Of a stretch of DNA of 64,000 nt, positions 41,688-49,948 are shown piece by piece (position 1 is the stretch's first letter; every line of letters starts with the position of its first letter). The position numbers were made by a program, and so were the translations under genes. The notes under the pieces were generated by a model. The model saw nothing but the letters and a program-made list of their open reading frames with translations, searched no databases and was not told the DNA's origin. The DNA is taken from positions 36,550-100,549 of the forward strand of contig CAZEKJ010000014.1 in NCBI GenBank assembly GCA_964512915.1, in the 5' to 3' direction. The stretch comes from an uncultured Porphyromonadaceae bacterium (GTDB lineage Bacteria; Bacteroidota; Bacteroidia; Bacteroidales; UBA12481).

Positions 41688-42647
41688 ATGGCAGATTTAG
41701 TTGAAAGCATAGAACAATATGCACTGAGCAAAAAAGACCGGAACAAAACACAATTTTCAAAAGTTGGCGTGGTTGGTGCCGGAACCGTTGGCCAGACTAT
41801 CATCAGGATGATTGCAGTCAGTGGTATCGAGGTGGTCTTTGTTGAACTGGACCAGGAGAAAATTGACGCGGCGATACACGGCATTGAAGCGGAGCTGGAT
41901 AACATGATCAACCATTGGGGCATGACGCAGGGTGAAAAAAGGGGCATCATGAACCGGATCAAAGGTTCCGTACACTGCAAGGAGCTTGCAGGATGCGACC
42001 TTGTGATTGAGGCTATCAAGAGCCGAAGCCGTGAGGAACGGGTCAGCCTAAGGAAAGAGATTTTTAAGCGCATTGAGGAGTTCGTGGAGCCTTCCACCAT
42101 TATTGCTACCAATTCAACCACAATAGTAACCACCGAGCTTTCATCGGAACTGAAGTATAAGGATCGCTGCGTCAGCCTGCATTTCTCAACTTCAAACCCC
42201 GGGGCCAATATCGTTGAAGTTGCCCGAGGCCTCTATACATCAGACCTGACGTACGATAACGTAAAAAAGTTTGTAAAACTGATCGGCAAGAAAATGATTC
42301 CGGTTGTGGAAAGCCCGGGTTTGATGTCCGTCAGGCTTTTCGCAACCCTCATTAACGAAGCCTGCGAGATTTATATGGAAGGAGTCGGGAAAATGGAGGA
42401 CATTGACACGGCGGTCCGCACCGGACTTGGCCTGGGCATGGGCCCATTTGAACTTGCCGACAAAATCGGCCTCGATAAGGTCGCCCGCTGGCTGGAAAAC
42501 CTTTACAATGAATTTGGTGACATGAAATATAAGGCTTCACCACTGCTCAAACGACTTGTCAGGGCTAACCGCCTGGGCCGTGTTACCGGGGAAGGCTTCT
42601 ATAAATATGACAGCAACGGAAAACGGATTGAAACCTCAACCTATTAA
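41688..42647 (+). CDS. 3-hydroxyacyl-CoA dehydrogenase family protein with atypical active site
   Basis: Rossmann 'GVVGAGTVG', 'DLVIEA', His..Glu pair, 'MGPFELADKIGLD', 'LGRVTGEGFYKY'. Confidence 0.85.
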   Translation: MADLVESIEQYALSKKDRNKTQFSKVGVVGAGTVGQTIIRMIAVSGIEVVFVELDQEKIDAAIHGIEAELDNMINHWGMTQGEKRGIMNRIKGSVHCKELAGCDLVIEAIKSRSREERVSLRKEIFKRIEEFVEPSTIIATNSTTIVTTELSSELKYKDRCVSLHFSTSNPGANIVEVARGLYTSDLTYDNVKKFVKLIGKKMIPVVESPGLMSVRLFATLINEACEIYMEGVGKMEDIDTAVRTGLGLGMGPFELADKIGLDKVARWLENLYNEFGDMKYKASPLLKRLVRANRLGRVTGEGFYKYDSNGKRIETSTY

Positions 42648-42657
42648 TTAGTTTATC

Positions 42658-43863
42658 ATGAAGATACTTGTTTTGAACTGCGGAAGTTCATCCATAAAAT
42701 ATCAGCTTTGGGACATGACCGATGAGAGTGTTTTGGCAAAGGGAATTGTTGAGAAAATCGGTCTTAAGGGATCCTTTCTGAAGCACACCAAGGCAGATGG
42801 CCAGAAGGTTACACTCGAGGGTGAGATACTGGACCATCAATCCGGAATTGAATATATCCTGGGAGTATTAACCAGCAAGAATCACGGGTGCCTTAAGGGC
42901 CTTAATGAAATACAGGCCGCCGGTCACCGCGTAGCCCATGGCGGAGAAAACTTTTCGGATTCAGCCTTTATCGATGACATGGTACATGCTGAGATCGCAA
43001 AATTATTCGAACTCGCTCCGCTCCACAATCCGGCAAACATGAAGGGAATTGATGCAATGGCCCAGCTGATCCCCGGACTTCCGCAAGTGGCAGTTTTCGA
43101 TACTTCCTTTCATCAGACCATTCCTGATTATGCTTTCATGTACGGTATCCCATATTCACTTTACAAGAAATACAAGATTCGCCGATACGGATTTCATGGA
43201 ACATCACATCGGTATGTAGCCCAAAAGGCAACTAAAATCCTGGGGCTGGATTTTCACAATCTGAAGATCATTTCCTGCCACCTGGGTAACGGAGCTTCCA
43301 TTGACGCCATAGAGAACGGTAAATCGGTCGACACTTCAATGGGATTCACACCGGTGGAAGGATTGATCATGGGTACCCGCACCGGAGATCTGGACCTTGG
43401 AGTTCTTACTTTTATCATGGATAAGGAAGAGATCGACCAGCAGACGGCAAATACACTGATTAACAAGCATAGCGGTATGCTTGGTGTTTCCGGGGTTTCC
43501 TCCGACATGAGGGAAATTGAAAATGAAGCCTGGAACAACGGGCACAAAAGAGCACAGCTCGCCCTCAACATGTACCATTACAGGGTTATTAAATACATCG
43601 GCGCTTATGCCGCAGCCATGAATGGGGTCGACCTGATCCTTTTCACCGGCGGAATCGGCGAAAATGGTCCGGAATCCCGTGAAGCTGTCTGCAAAAACCT
43701 TACATACCTTGGCGTTGATTTTGATTTCGAGTTAAACGCAGGAAAGAGGGGAAAAGATCTTTTGCTTACCAAGCCTGGGTCGAGGGTTAAAGTCATGGCT
43801 GTAATGACCAATGAAGAACTTGTTATAGCTGAGGATACTCAGCGTATCGTCTCTTCCATGTAA
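42658..43863 (+). CDS. ackA: Acetate kinase
   Basis: 'LNCGSSSIKY', 'GHRVAHGG', 'APLHNP', 'VFDTSFH', 'RRYGFHGTSH', 'HLGNGAS', 'FTGGIGEN', 'TNEEL'. Confidence 0.98.
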   Translation: MKILVLNCGSSSIKYQLWDMTDESVLAKGIVEKIGLKGSFLKHTKADGQKVTLEGEILDHQSGIEYILGVLTSKNHGCLKGLNEIQAAGHRVAHGGENFSDSAFIDDMVHAEIAKLFELAPLHNPANMKGIDAMAQLIPGLPQVAVFDTSFHQTIPDYAFMYGIPYSLYKKYKIRRYGFHGTSHRYVAQKATKILGLDFHNLKIISCHLGNGASIDAIENGKSVDTSMGFTPVEGLIMGTRTGDLDLGVLTFIMDKEEIDQQTANTLINKHSGMLGVSGVSSDMREIENEAWNNGHKRAQLALNMYHYRVIKYIGAYAAAMNGVDLILFTGGIGENGPESREAVCKNLTYLGVDFDFELNAGKRGKDLLLTKPGSRVKVMAVMTNEELVIAEDTQRIVSSM

Positions 43864-43899
43864 TTAAGATCATTGATTGAGGCATATTTTTTAAAGAGA

Positions 43900-44805
43900 A
43901 TGCTTACAAGAATCTCAGATCTCGAGGAAAGGGTAAAATCCCGGAATAGCCGTAAAAAGCTGGTTCTGGCGGCTGCACAGGATCTCCATGCCCTCATGGC
44001 TGTGAGAGATGCGGCTGCTGCCGGCCTGATTGTGCCGGTTCTGGTCGGCGATCGCCCTGATATCGCGCGAAAAGCCGCTTCGATCGGGTTTAACCTGGAT
44101 TCGATAGAAATCATTCATGAAGAGAACCTGGACCTCGCCGTTGAAAAGGCTGTCAGACTTATACATGACGGATATGCACATGTTTTAATGAAGGGATCCT
44201 GCGGAACCGCACAACTGCTGAAAGGGGTGCTGAACAAGGAATGGGGTTTGCGAAAAGGAGATATCCTTTCTCATTTTGCACTTTTTGAAATTGCTGCCTA
44301 TCACAAACTCCTCGCGGTAACGGATGTTGCCATCAATATTGCACCCGATGTAAAGGCCAAAGAGGCCATCCTGAATAATTCAGTGGAATACCTCAACAAT
44401 ATGGGCCTGGCTATGCCAAAGGTTGCTGTTATTGCTGCTGTTGAGAAGGTTAATGATCAGATGCAGGCAACTGTTGATGCCGCTATCCTGGTCCGGCTAA
44501 ATCGTGAAGGCCAAATTCGGAACTGTATGGTTGACGGGCCGCTGGCCCTTGATAACGCAATCAGCCTCGAGAGTGCCGAACATAAGGGGATTGTAAGCGA
44601 TGTTGCCGGAGATGCAGATCTTCTGCTCATGCCCGATATTGAAGCAGGGAATGTCTTCTACAAAACATTAGCCTTCCTCACCGATGCCAGGGTCGCATCA
44701 GTAGTACTTGGAGCAACAGCACCTGTAGTCCTCACATCCCGCTCAGATTCGGAAGATGCTAAATTTAACAGTCTGCTGCTCGCAACAGCTATTGATATTG
44801 TATAA
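43900..44805 (+). CDS. ptb: Phosphate butyryltransferase / phosphate acyltransferase
   Basis: 'LMKGS', 'TDVAINIAP', 'DGPLALDNAIS', 'PDIEAGN', 'LTSRSDS'; adjacent to buk. Confidence 0.9.
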   Translation: MLTRISDLEERVKSRNSRKKLVLAAAQDLHALMAVRDAAAAGLIVPVLVGDRPDIARKAASIGFNLDSIEIIHEENLDLAVEKAVRLIHDGYAHVLMKGSCGTAQLLKGVLNKEWGLRKGDILSHFALFEIAAYHKLLAVTDVAINIAPDVKAKEAILNNSVEYLNNMGLAMPKVAVIAAVEKVNDQMQATVDAAILVRLNREGQIRNCMVDGPLALDNAISLESAEHKGIVSDVAGDADLLLMPDIEAGNVFYKTLAFLTDARVASVVLGATAPVVLTSRSDSEDAKFNSLLLATAIDIV

Positions 44806-44822
44806 TCAGCAACACTCCCCGG

Positions 44823-45899
44823 ATGAAACCCATTGAAATTTTAGTGATCAATCCAGGATCCACTTCCACAAAAATTGCTGTTTTTCAAAACAATCGTCCG
44901 GTTTACCAAAAGACAATACGCCACAGTCCGGAGGAGTTGAAACCTTTCAACCGTGTGGCAGATCAATTCGAATTTCGAAAAAACCACATTCTGGAAGAAC
45001 TGGAGGCGGCCGGCATTGCCATCGAAGGCTTTTCCTATGTTGTTGGCCGGGGAGGCTTTCTTAAGCCCATTGAATCCGGCGTTTACGAAGTCAATGAAGC
45101 AATGATCCGCGACCTCACCAATATCACTGGCATTGAACATGCCAGCAACCTGGGAGCCCTCATTGCACATGACCTGGCAACTTCAATCCCCGGTGCAAAA
45201 GCATTCATCGCAGATCCTATAGTTGTTGATGAATTGGAGGATGTCGCCCGGTTTGCCGGTCATCCGAAATTCTCCAGAATATCCGTGTTTCATGCACTCA
45301 ATCAGAAGGCTGTTGCCAGAACCTATGCCAGTTCGATTAATAGGAAATATGAGGACCTGAATCTTATTGTCGCCCATCTGGGTGGTGGAATCACTGTTGG
45401 GGTACATGAAAAAGGAAAGGTCGTGGATGTTAATCAGGGACTTGACGGAGAAGGCCCCTTTTCTCCTGAAAGAGCAGGCACGGTTCCTGTTGGCCAGTTG
45501 ATTGATTTGTGCTTCAGCAATGAATATTCCCGTGATGAGATCCGAAAAATGATTGTAGGCAAAGGAGGATTGGTTGCCTACCTTGGGACCAGCGCCGCCA
45601 ATGAAGTGGAGGAGAGAATTAAAAACGGCGATACTTATGCCCGAGAAGTATATGAAGCAATGGCATACCAGGTGGCCAAAGAGATCGGGTCGGGTAGCGT
45701 GGTGCTTAAGGGCAGGGTAGATGCAATACTGGTTACCGGTGGAATCGCTTTTAATGACCTTTTCATTCAGCTGCTCACTTACCGGATAGCCTGGATTGCT
45801 CCTGTCAGGGTTTTTCCAGGCGAAGATGAAATGAGAGCCCTTGCATTGAATATTACTTTAATCTCAACTGGAGAAATTCAGCCGAAGGTTTATAAATAA
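44823..45899 (+). CDS. buk: Butyrate kinase
   Basis: 'INPGSTSTKIA', 'GRGG', 'HASNLGA', 'FHALNQKA', 'HLGGGITVG', 'GPFSPERAG', 'PGEDEM'. Confidence 0.97.
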   Translation: MKPIEILVINPGSTSTKIAVFQNNRPVYQKTIRHSPEELKPFNRVADQFEFRKNHILEELEAAGIAIEGFSYVVGRGGFLKPIESGVYEVNEAMIRDLTNITGIEHASNLGALIAHDLATSIPGAKAFIADPIVVDELEDVARFAGHPKFSRISVFHALNQKAVARTYASSINRKYEDLNLIVAHLGGGITVGVHEKGKVVDVNQGLDGEGPFSPERAGTVPVGQLIDLCFSNEYSRDEIRKMIVGKGGLVAYLGTSAANEVEERIKNGDTYAREVYEAMAYQVAKEIGSGSVVLKGRVDAILVTGGIAFNDLFIQLLTYRIAWIAPVRVFPGEDEMRALALNITLISTGEIQPKVYK

Positions 45900-45950
45900 A
45901 TGACTATAGGAAAAATTTTGCCAGGAAGTCAATAAATCGACTAAGGTTTT

Positions 45951-45958
45951 TACTTTTG
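45951..45958 (+). promoter_or_regulatory. -7 promoter element for tRNA-Gly
   Basis: TACTTTTG 11 nt upstream of the tRNA. Confidence 0.65.
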
Positions 45959-45969
45959 CAACTCAACCA

Positions 45970-46041
45970 GCGGGAGTAGCTCAGGGGTAGAGCATCAGCT
46001 TCCCAAGCTGAGGGTCGCGGGTTCGAATCCCGTTTCCCGCT
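45970..46041 (+). tRNA. tRNA-Gly (anticodon CCC); CCA not encoded
   Basis: Acceptor stem GCGGGAG/TTCCCGC; D-arm TAGCTCAGGGGTAGAGC; anticodon arm TCAGC-TTCCCAA-GCTGA; T-loop GGTTCGAATCC. Confidence 0.97.
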
Positions 46042-46048
46042 CAAACAC

Positions 46049-46078
46049 AGAAAAACAGGCAGTTACGCCTGTTTTTCT
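46049..46078 (+). terminator. Hairpin terminator after tRNA-Gly
   Basis: AGAAAAACAGGC-AGTTAC-GCCTGTTTTTCT, a perfect 12-bp stem. Confidence 0.75.
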
Positions 46079-46843
46079 TGTTTTATACCCCTCCAAGGTT
46101 TCAATATTTTACCCCTTCCTGGGAAATCACAGGGCTGCTGGAGACTGCTGAAGAGGAAACAGCCCTTTTGGTAAAATTATAGCACTTCTGTTACAAAAGT
46201 GCAGATTGAGTTTACAAATCACAATCGGGAGAACCTGGTAAGTTTCACATCTGTATACACTAAATGCATTTTTTGTGAATTCACATTGGCCAATAAATTT
46301 AAGTATGTAATTAGGTGGCAATCGAAAATTGCTGATAAGATAGATGCATCATATTAAACAGATAATCAGTATTTTATGATGTATTATCTGAATTATATAA
46401 TTAAGTAATAGTTCTAAAACCCATTAAAACCGGGGGTTTTACCGGCCTTTTCTTAAATATATTCATTTAAATTACTGATTACCATTTATTTAGATGCATA
46501 TAAATAAACTAAATTCTGTTAATTATTTCAAATAGTAAGACCAGGGACAGGCTTTAATGCCATTACTAAACATGATTAGCGCTTAGTATTAATAAATTAT
46601 TATATTATAAATAGTTAACAATTGCGAATACCGGGTCGTAATTATGTGGAGATAGTCAATCGCAGCGATTTGACTGAAGATGCATAGAATCTGCTTTACG
46701 ATTGTAAAAATCTGCCTTGCAAAACATCAATTTATAATTGTGAAATGTAAATTTGACAATTGTATCATGTAGTTAGCAATTGTGAATAGTAACAATTGAC
46801 AATTGTATTTTGTAAATTACAATCAATGATTTACATTTGTTAT
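46079..46843. other. Long AT-rich non-coding region with repeated short motifs
   Basis: No credible ORF. Four hand-counted 60-nt lines are about 18-28% GC. Contains CAATTG x5, AGATGCAT x3 and the palindromes TGTGAATTCACA and TTGTAA-A-TTACAA. Confidence 0.75.
46809..46839 (+). promoter_or_regulatory. Full Bacteroidota -33/-7 promoter of the XRE gene, overlapped by a palindrome
   Basis: TTTG-N19-TACATTTG, with TTGTAA-A-TTACAA at 46810-46822. Confidence 0.72.
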
Positions 46844-47278
46844 ATGGTCAATCGTATTAAGGAACTCATACTGAAAGAGGGATTAACTTCAGGTTCGTTT
46901 GCTGATGCAATCGGGGTTCAGAGAAGCAGCATGTCCCATATTCTGAATGGCCGGAATAACCCTAGTCTGGATTTCGTTGTCAAGACACTACAGTATTTTC
47001 CCAACATAAATTCGGATTGGCTGCTTTTAGGCACTGGTTCTATGTACAGTATTGAACAAAAAACTAATAGTCAGCCTGTTAGGGAATTGTCAATCTTTGA
47101 CACCACCCCTGTGAAGGTGCCAGAACCAAAACCGGAAAGGACTATACCTTCAGCACCGGAACCGATTGAAAAACAAGTTATAAGAGAGGAAAAATCCAAT
47201 AAGTTGGTCGCTAAGGTTTTGATTTTTTACAGCGATCAGACCTATGCCGAGTTCTTACCGCCGGAAAACGGCGAATAG
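46844..47278 (+). CDS. XRE-family helix-turn-helix protein
   Basis: 'FADAIGVQRSSMSHILNGRNNPSLD...INSDWLLLGTGSM', Pro-rich linker, C-terminal 'KVLIFYSDQTYAEF'. ATG at 46844 preferred over the upstream TTG. Confidence 0.88.
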   Translation: MVNRIKELILKEGLTSGSFADAIGVQRSSMSHILNGRNNPSLDFVVKTLQYFPNINSDWLLLGTGSMYSIEQKTNSQPVRELSIFDTTPVKVPEPKPERTIPSAPEPIEKQVIREEKSNKLVAKVLIFYSDQTYAEFLPPENGE

Positions 47279-47329
47279 ACTTTCTTGATTGAATTCGGTA
47301 TTTTTGTCTCATGTAATACGAGACAAAGT

Positions 47330-48358
47330 ATGTTTTATCAGAAATTGCTCCGCCCGATATTGTTCCTTCTTTCTGCGGAAACCATTCACAAAATCCTTTT
47401 CTTCTTTTTCAGGCTCTTTCCGTTTACCGGATATTTTTTCAGGCTAACGCACCCATCGGAATATTTTAAACAGAATGTTGAGGCGTTCGGACTGAAGTTT
47501 AATCATCCGGTTGGCATTGCAGGGGGACTTGATAAAAATGCCAGGGCGATCCGGTTTCTCAGGAACATGGGATTTGCTTTTGTCGAGATTGGAACTGTAA
47601 CTCCCCTTCCTCAGGGAGGAAATCCTAAGCCCCGTCTTTTTAGGTTAACGCGAAATTCTGCCCTGATCAACCGGATGGGATTCAATAACGATGGCCTTGA
47701 TGTCATTGCAAATCGTCTCAGAAATCGTCCGAAAGATCTGATCATTGGCGGGAATATCGGCAAGAATACCATTACTCCCAATGAAAGGGCGGTTGAGGAT
47801 TTTGCCGCCTGCTTCGAAGGCCTTTATCCCTATGTGGACTATTTCGTTGTTAACGTAAGTTGCCCAAATATTAAAGATCTCAGCAAGCTTCAGAACAAGG
47901 ATGATCTCACGAAAATCCTAAACCGGCTGCTCGCTATCCGCTCGGGAAAGGGAATCGCAAAGCCGGTTCTTCTGAAGATTTCTCCGGATTTATCGGAAAT
48001 TCAGTTGGATGAAGTGATCGAAGTTGTCAGGGAGACCAGGATTGACGGGCTGGTTGCAACCAATACCAGTATCCGGCGATTCAACCTTGACTATCCGGAT
48101 GATTTTATAGAAAGCATTGGTCAGGGCGGTCTCAGTGGCTCGCCACTCCGTGAAGTTTCCACAAAAATAATCCGATATCTTCATCAACGCTTAGGCTTGG
48201 ATTTTCCAATTATTGGCTCCGGGGGCGTGATGAATGAGAAGGATGCGAATGAAAAGCTTGATTCAGGGGCAACCCTGGTTCAGCTCTATACGGGCTTTAT
48301 ATATGAAGGCCCCGGCTTGCTGTCAAGGATTCTTAAAACCCTCGCAAAGAAATCCTGA
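47330..48358 (+). CDS. pyrD: Quinone-dependent dihydroorotate dehydrogenase (class 2)
   Basis: 'AGGLDKNA', 'EIGTVTP', 'NPKPRLFRL', 'INRMGFNN', 'NIGKN', 'NVSCPN', 'KISPD', 'GGLSG'. Confidence 0.97.
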   Translation: MFYQKLLRPILFLLSAETIHKILFFFFRLFPFTGYFFRLTHPSEYFKQNVEAFGLKFNHPVGIAGGLDKNARAIRFLRNMGFAFVEIGTVTPLPQGGNPKPRLFRLTRNSALINRMGFNNDGLDVIANRLRNRPKDLIIGGNIGKNTITPNERAVEDFAACFEGLYPYVDYFVVNVSCPNIKDLSKLQNKDDLTKILNRLLAIRSGKGIAKPVLLKISPDLSEIQLDEVIEVVRETRIDGLVATNTSIRRFNLDYPDDFIESIGQGGLSGSPLREVSTKIIRYLHQRLGLDFPIIGSGGVMNEKDANEKLDSGATLVQLYTGFIYEGPGLLSRILKTLAKKS

Positions 48359-48399
48359 TTTGAAGGGTTAGAAGACAATAATAAATAGGAGGCACACAA

Positions 48400-49863
48400 A
48401 TGAAAAAGGCGTCAGTTCTTTTGGTCCTGTTTTTTGCCATGGCATCAGCCATTCTATCAGCTCAGGATGAATATAACTGTTTTACCGTACTGGTTGGAAA
48501 AAAGGCAAGCGCAGATGGCGCGGTTCTATTTGCCCACAATGAGGATGATTATGGAAAACAACTCGTTAACTGGTATGTTGTTCCGCGCAAAGAGTACCAC
48601 GAAGGCACAGAATTCCAGCTTAAAGGCGGAGCTTTGGTAAGGCAGTTTCCCTTTACCAGTAAATACATCTGGCTTGAAATTCCGGGAATGGATTTTTCTG
48701 ATTCATACCTGAATGAATACGGAGTTTGCATCGGCTCCAATTCCTGTTCCTCACGCGAAGACAAGCCCGACATAACCAATGGCGGAATCGGTTATAACCT
48801 GCGCCAACTTATGGCTGAACGAGCCCAAACTGCCAGGGACGCAGTTGTAATGGCAGGTTCACTGATAGAGCAGTTTGGATATACCGGCTCAGGCCGCACC
48901 TATTGCATTGCTGATCCCAACGAAGCCTGGGCATTGGCAGTTGTTAAGGGCAAGCACTGGGTTGCTCAGCGCATACCTGACGATCAGGTTATGATTATCC
49001 CAAATAACTACACGATAGCAGAGGTGAACCTCAACGACCAGGAAAACTATCTTTCTTGCCCCGACCTGATTGACTATGCAGTTGCCAGGGGCTGGTACAA
49101 TCCATCAGTGGATGGTCCCTTCAACTTCAGAAAAGCCTATGCGGCAAAAAACAGTATTTCCAATCCCGGAAACGCTAACCGTGCCTGGGCAGCTTACCAC
49201 CTTTTTGGTACTGAATTTCAGTTAAGGGATGATTTCCCTTTCTCATTCAAACCGGGTAAACCCGTAACCAAGACCTTCCTGATGAGTCTGCTGAGGAACC
49301 ACCATGAAGGTACAGAGCTGGATAAAAGCGAAAACTATAAAAATGGCAGTCCATATAAATTAAATGGTTCAATGATCTGCGGCAATGGGACGGTTTATGG
49401 ATTTGTAACCGAGCTGAGAAACTGGATGCCGGTTGACCTCGGTTGTGTGATGTGGCTTGCTCCGCAGTGGCCCGACCTCCAACCTTTCATTCCATTGTAT
49501 GCAGGTACAACTGATTTTCCCGATGCTTTCAGAAGACCCGGATATCTAAACACCCTGCATGATCATTATAATCCTCCATCCGATATTCATGAGAGGAATA
49601 ATCACCATGCTTTCTGGGCATTCGTGAATTTCTCAGACCTGATGAATGCCTCCTACGGGCCGAATATAGAGTATGTCCGGAAAATCCACCTGAAGCCGGA
49701 GCGGAAATTGATAACCGCCCAAGCTGCCATGGAAAAGAAACTGCTTATGATTCATACAAAATCACCCCAAAAGTGCCGCGAAACGGTTACGTCTTTATAT
49801 GGCCAGATGGCGATTGGAGCTCTTAAGGTTACCAGAAAATCGATTAAAAAGCTGGATAAATAA
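48400..49863 (+). CDS. Exported C69-family (Ntn-hydrolase) dipeptidase
   Basis: Signal peptide, then catalytic 'C' in 'NCFTVLVG'; 'AHNED', 'NEYGV', 'RAQTARDAV', 'IADPNEAW', 'IPNNY'. Confidence 0.88.
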   Translation: MKKASVLLVLFFAMASAILSAQDEYNCFTVLVGKKASADGAVLFAHNEDDYGKQLVNWYVVPRKEYHEGTEFQLKGGALVRQFPFTSKYIWLEIPGMDFSDSYLNEYGVCIGSNSCSSREDKPDITNGGIGYNLRQLMAERAQTARDAVVMAGSLIEQFGYTGSGRTYCIADPNEAWALAVVKGKHWVAQRIPDDQVMIIPNNYTIAEVNLNDQENYLSCPDLIDYAVARGWYNPSVDGPFNFRKAYAAKNSISNPGNANRAWAAYHLFGTEFQLRDDFPFSFKPGKPVTKTFLMSLLRNHHEGTELDKSENYKNGSPYKLNGSMICGNGTVYGFVTELRNWMPVDLGCVMWLAPQWPDLQPFIPLYAGTTDFPDAFRRPGYLNTLHDHYNPPSDIHERNNHHAFWAFVNFSDLMNASYGPNIEYVRKIHLKPERKLITAQAAMEKKLLMIHTKSPQKCRETVTSLYGQMAIGALKVTRKSIKKLDK

Positions 49864-49936
49864 GTGATTTGAAACCAGTTTAACATCTTTTAAGTTTTTT
49901 GCACTTTTTTTCACGCCTCGTTGTCGGTTCCGTTGG

Positions 49937-49944
49937 TATTTTTG
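49937..49944 (+). promoter_or_regulatory. -7 element only 4 nt before the GTG of the serine hydrolase (possible leaderless mRNA)
   Basis: TATTTTTG-AATC-GTG. Confidence 0.45.
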
Positions 49945-49948
49945 AATC

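Noticed and set aside
45800-45812. Second CCTGTCAGG motif matching the REP-like core
   Set aside because: It lies inside the buk coding sequence, lacks the flanking AAA/TTT and has no partner arm, so it is likely chance.
46127-46321. 64-aa minus-strand ORF in the AT-rich region
   Set aside because: Non-ATG start, no recognisable motif and no upstream TAnnTTTG on that strand.
46260-46810. CRISPR array suggested by the recurring AGATGCAT and CAATTG motifs
   Set aside because: The repeats are only 6-9 bp, irregularly spaced, and there are no cas genes.
45970-46843. Genomic island or prophage integrated at tRNA-Gly
   Set aside because: There is no integrase, no duplicated tRNA 3' end seen in the window, and the genes after the XRE are housekeeping (pyrD). 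A fully decayed remnant cannot be excluded.
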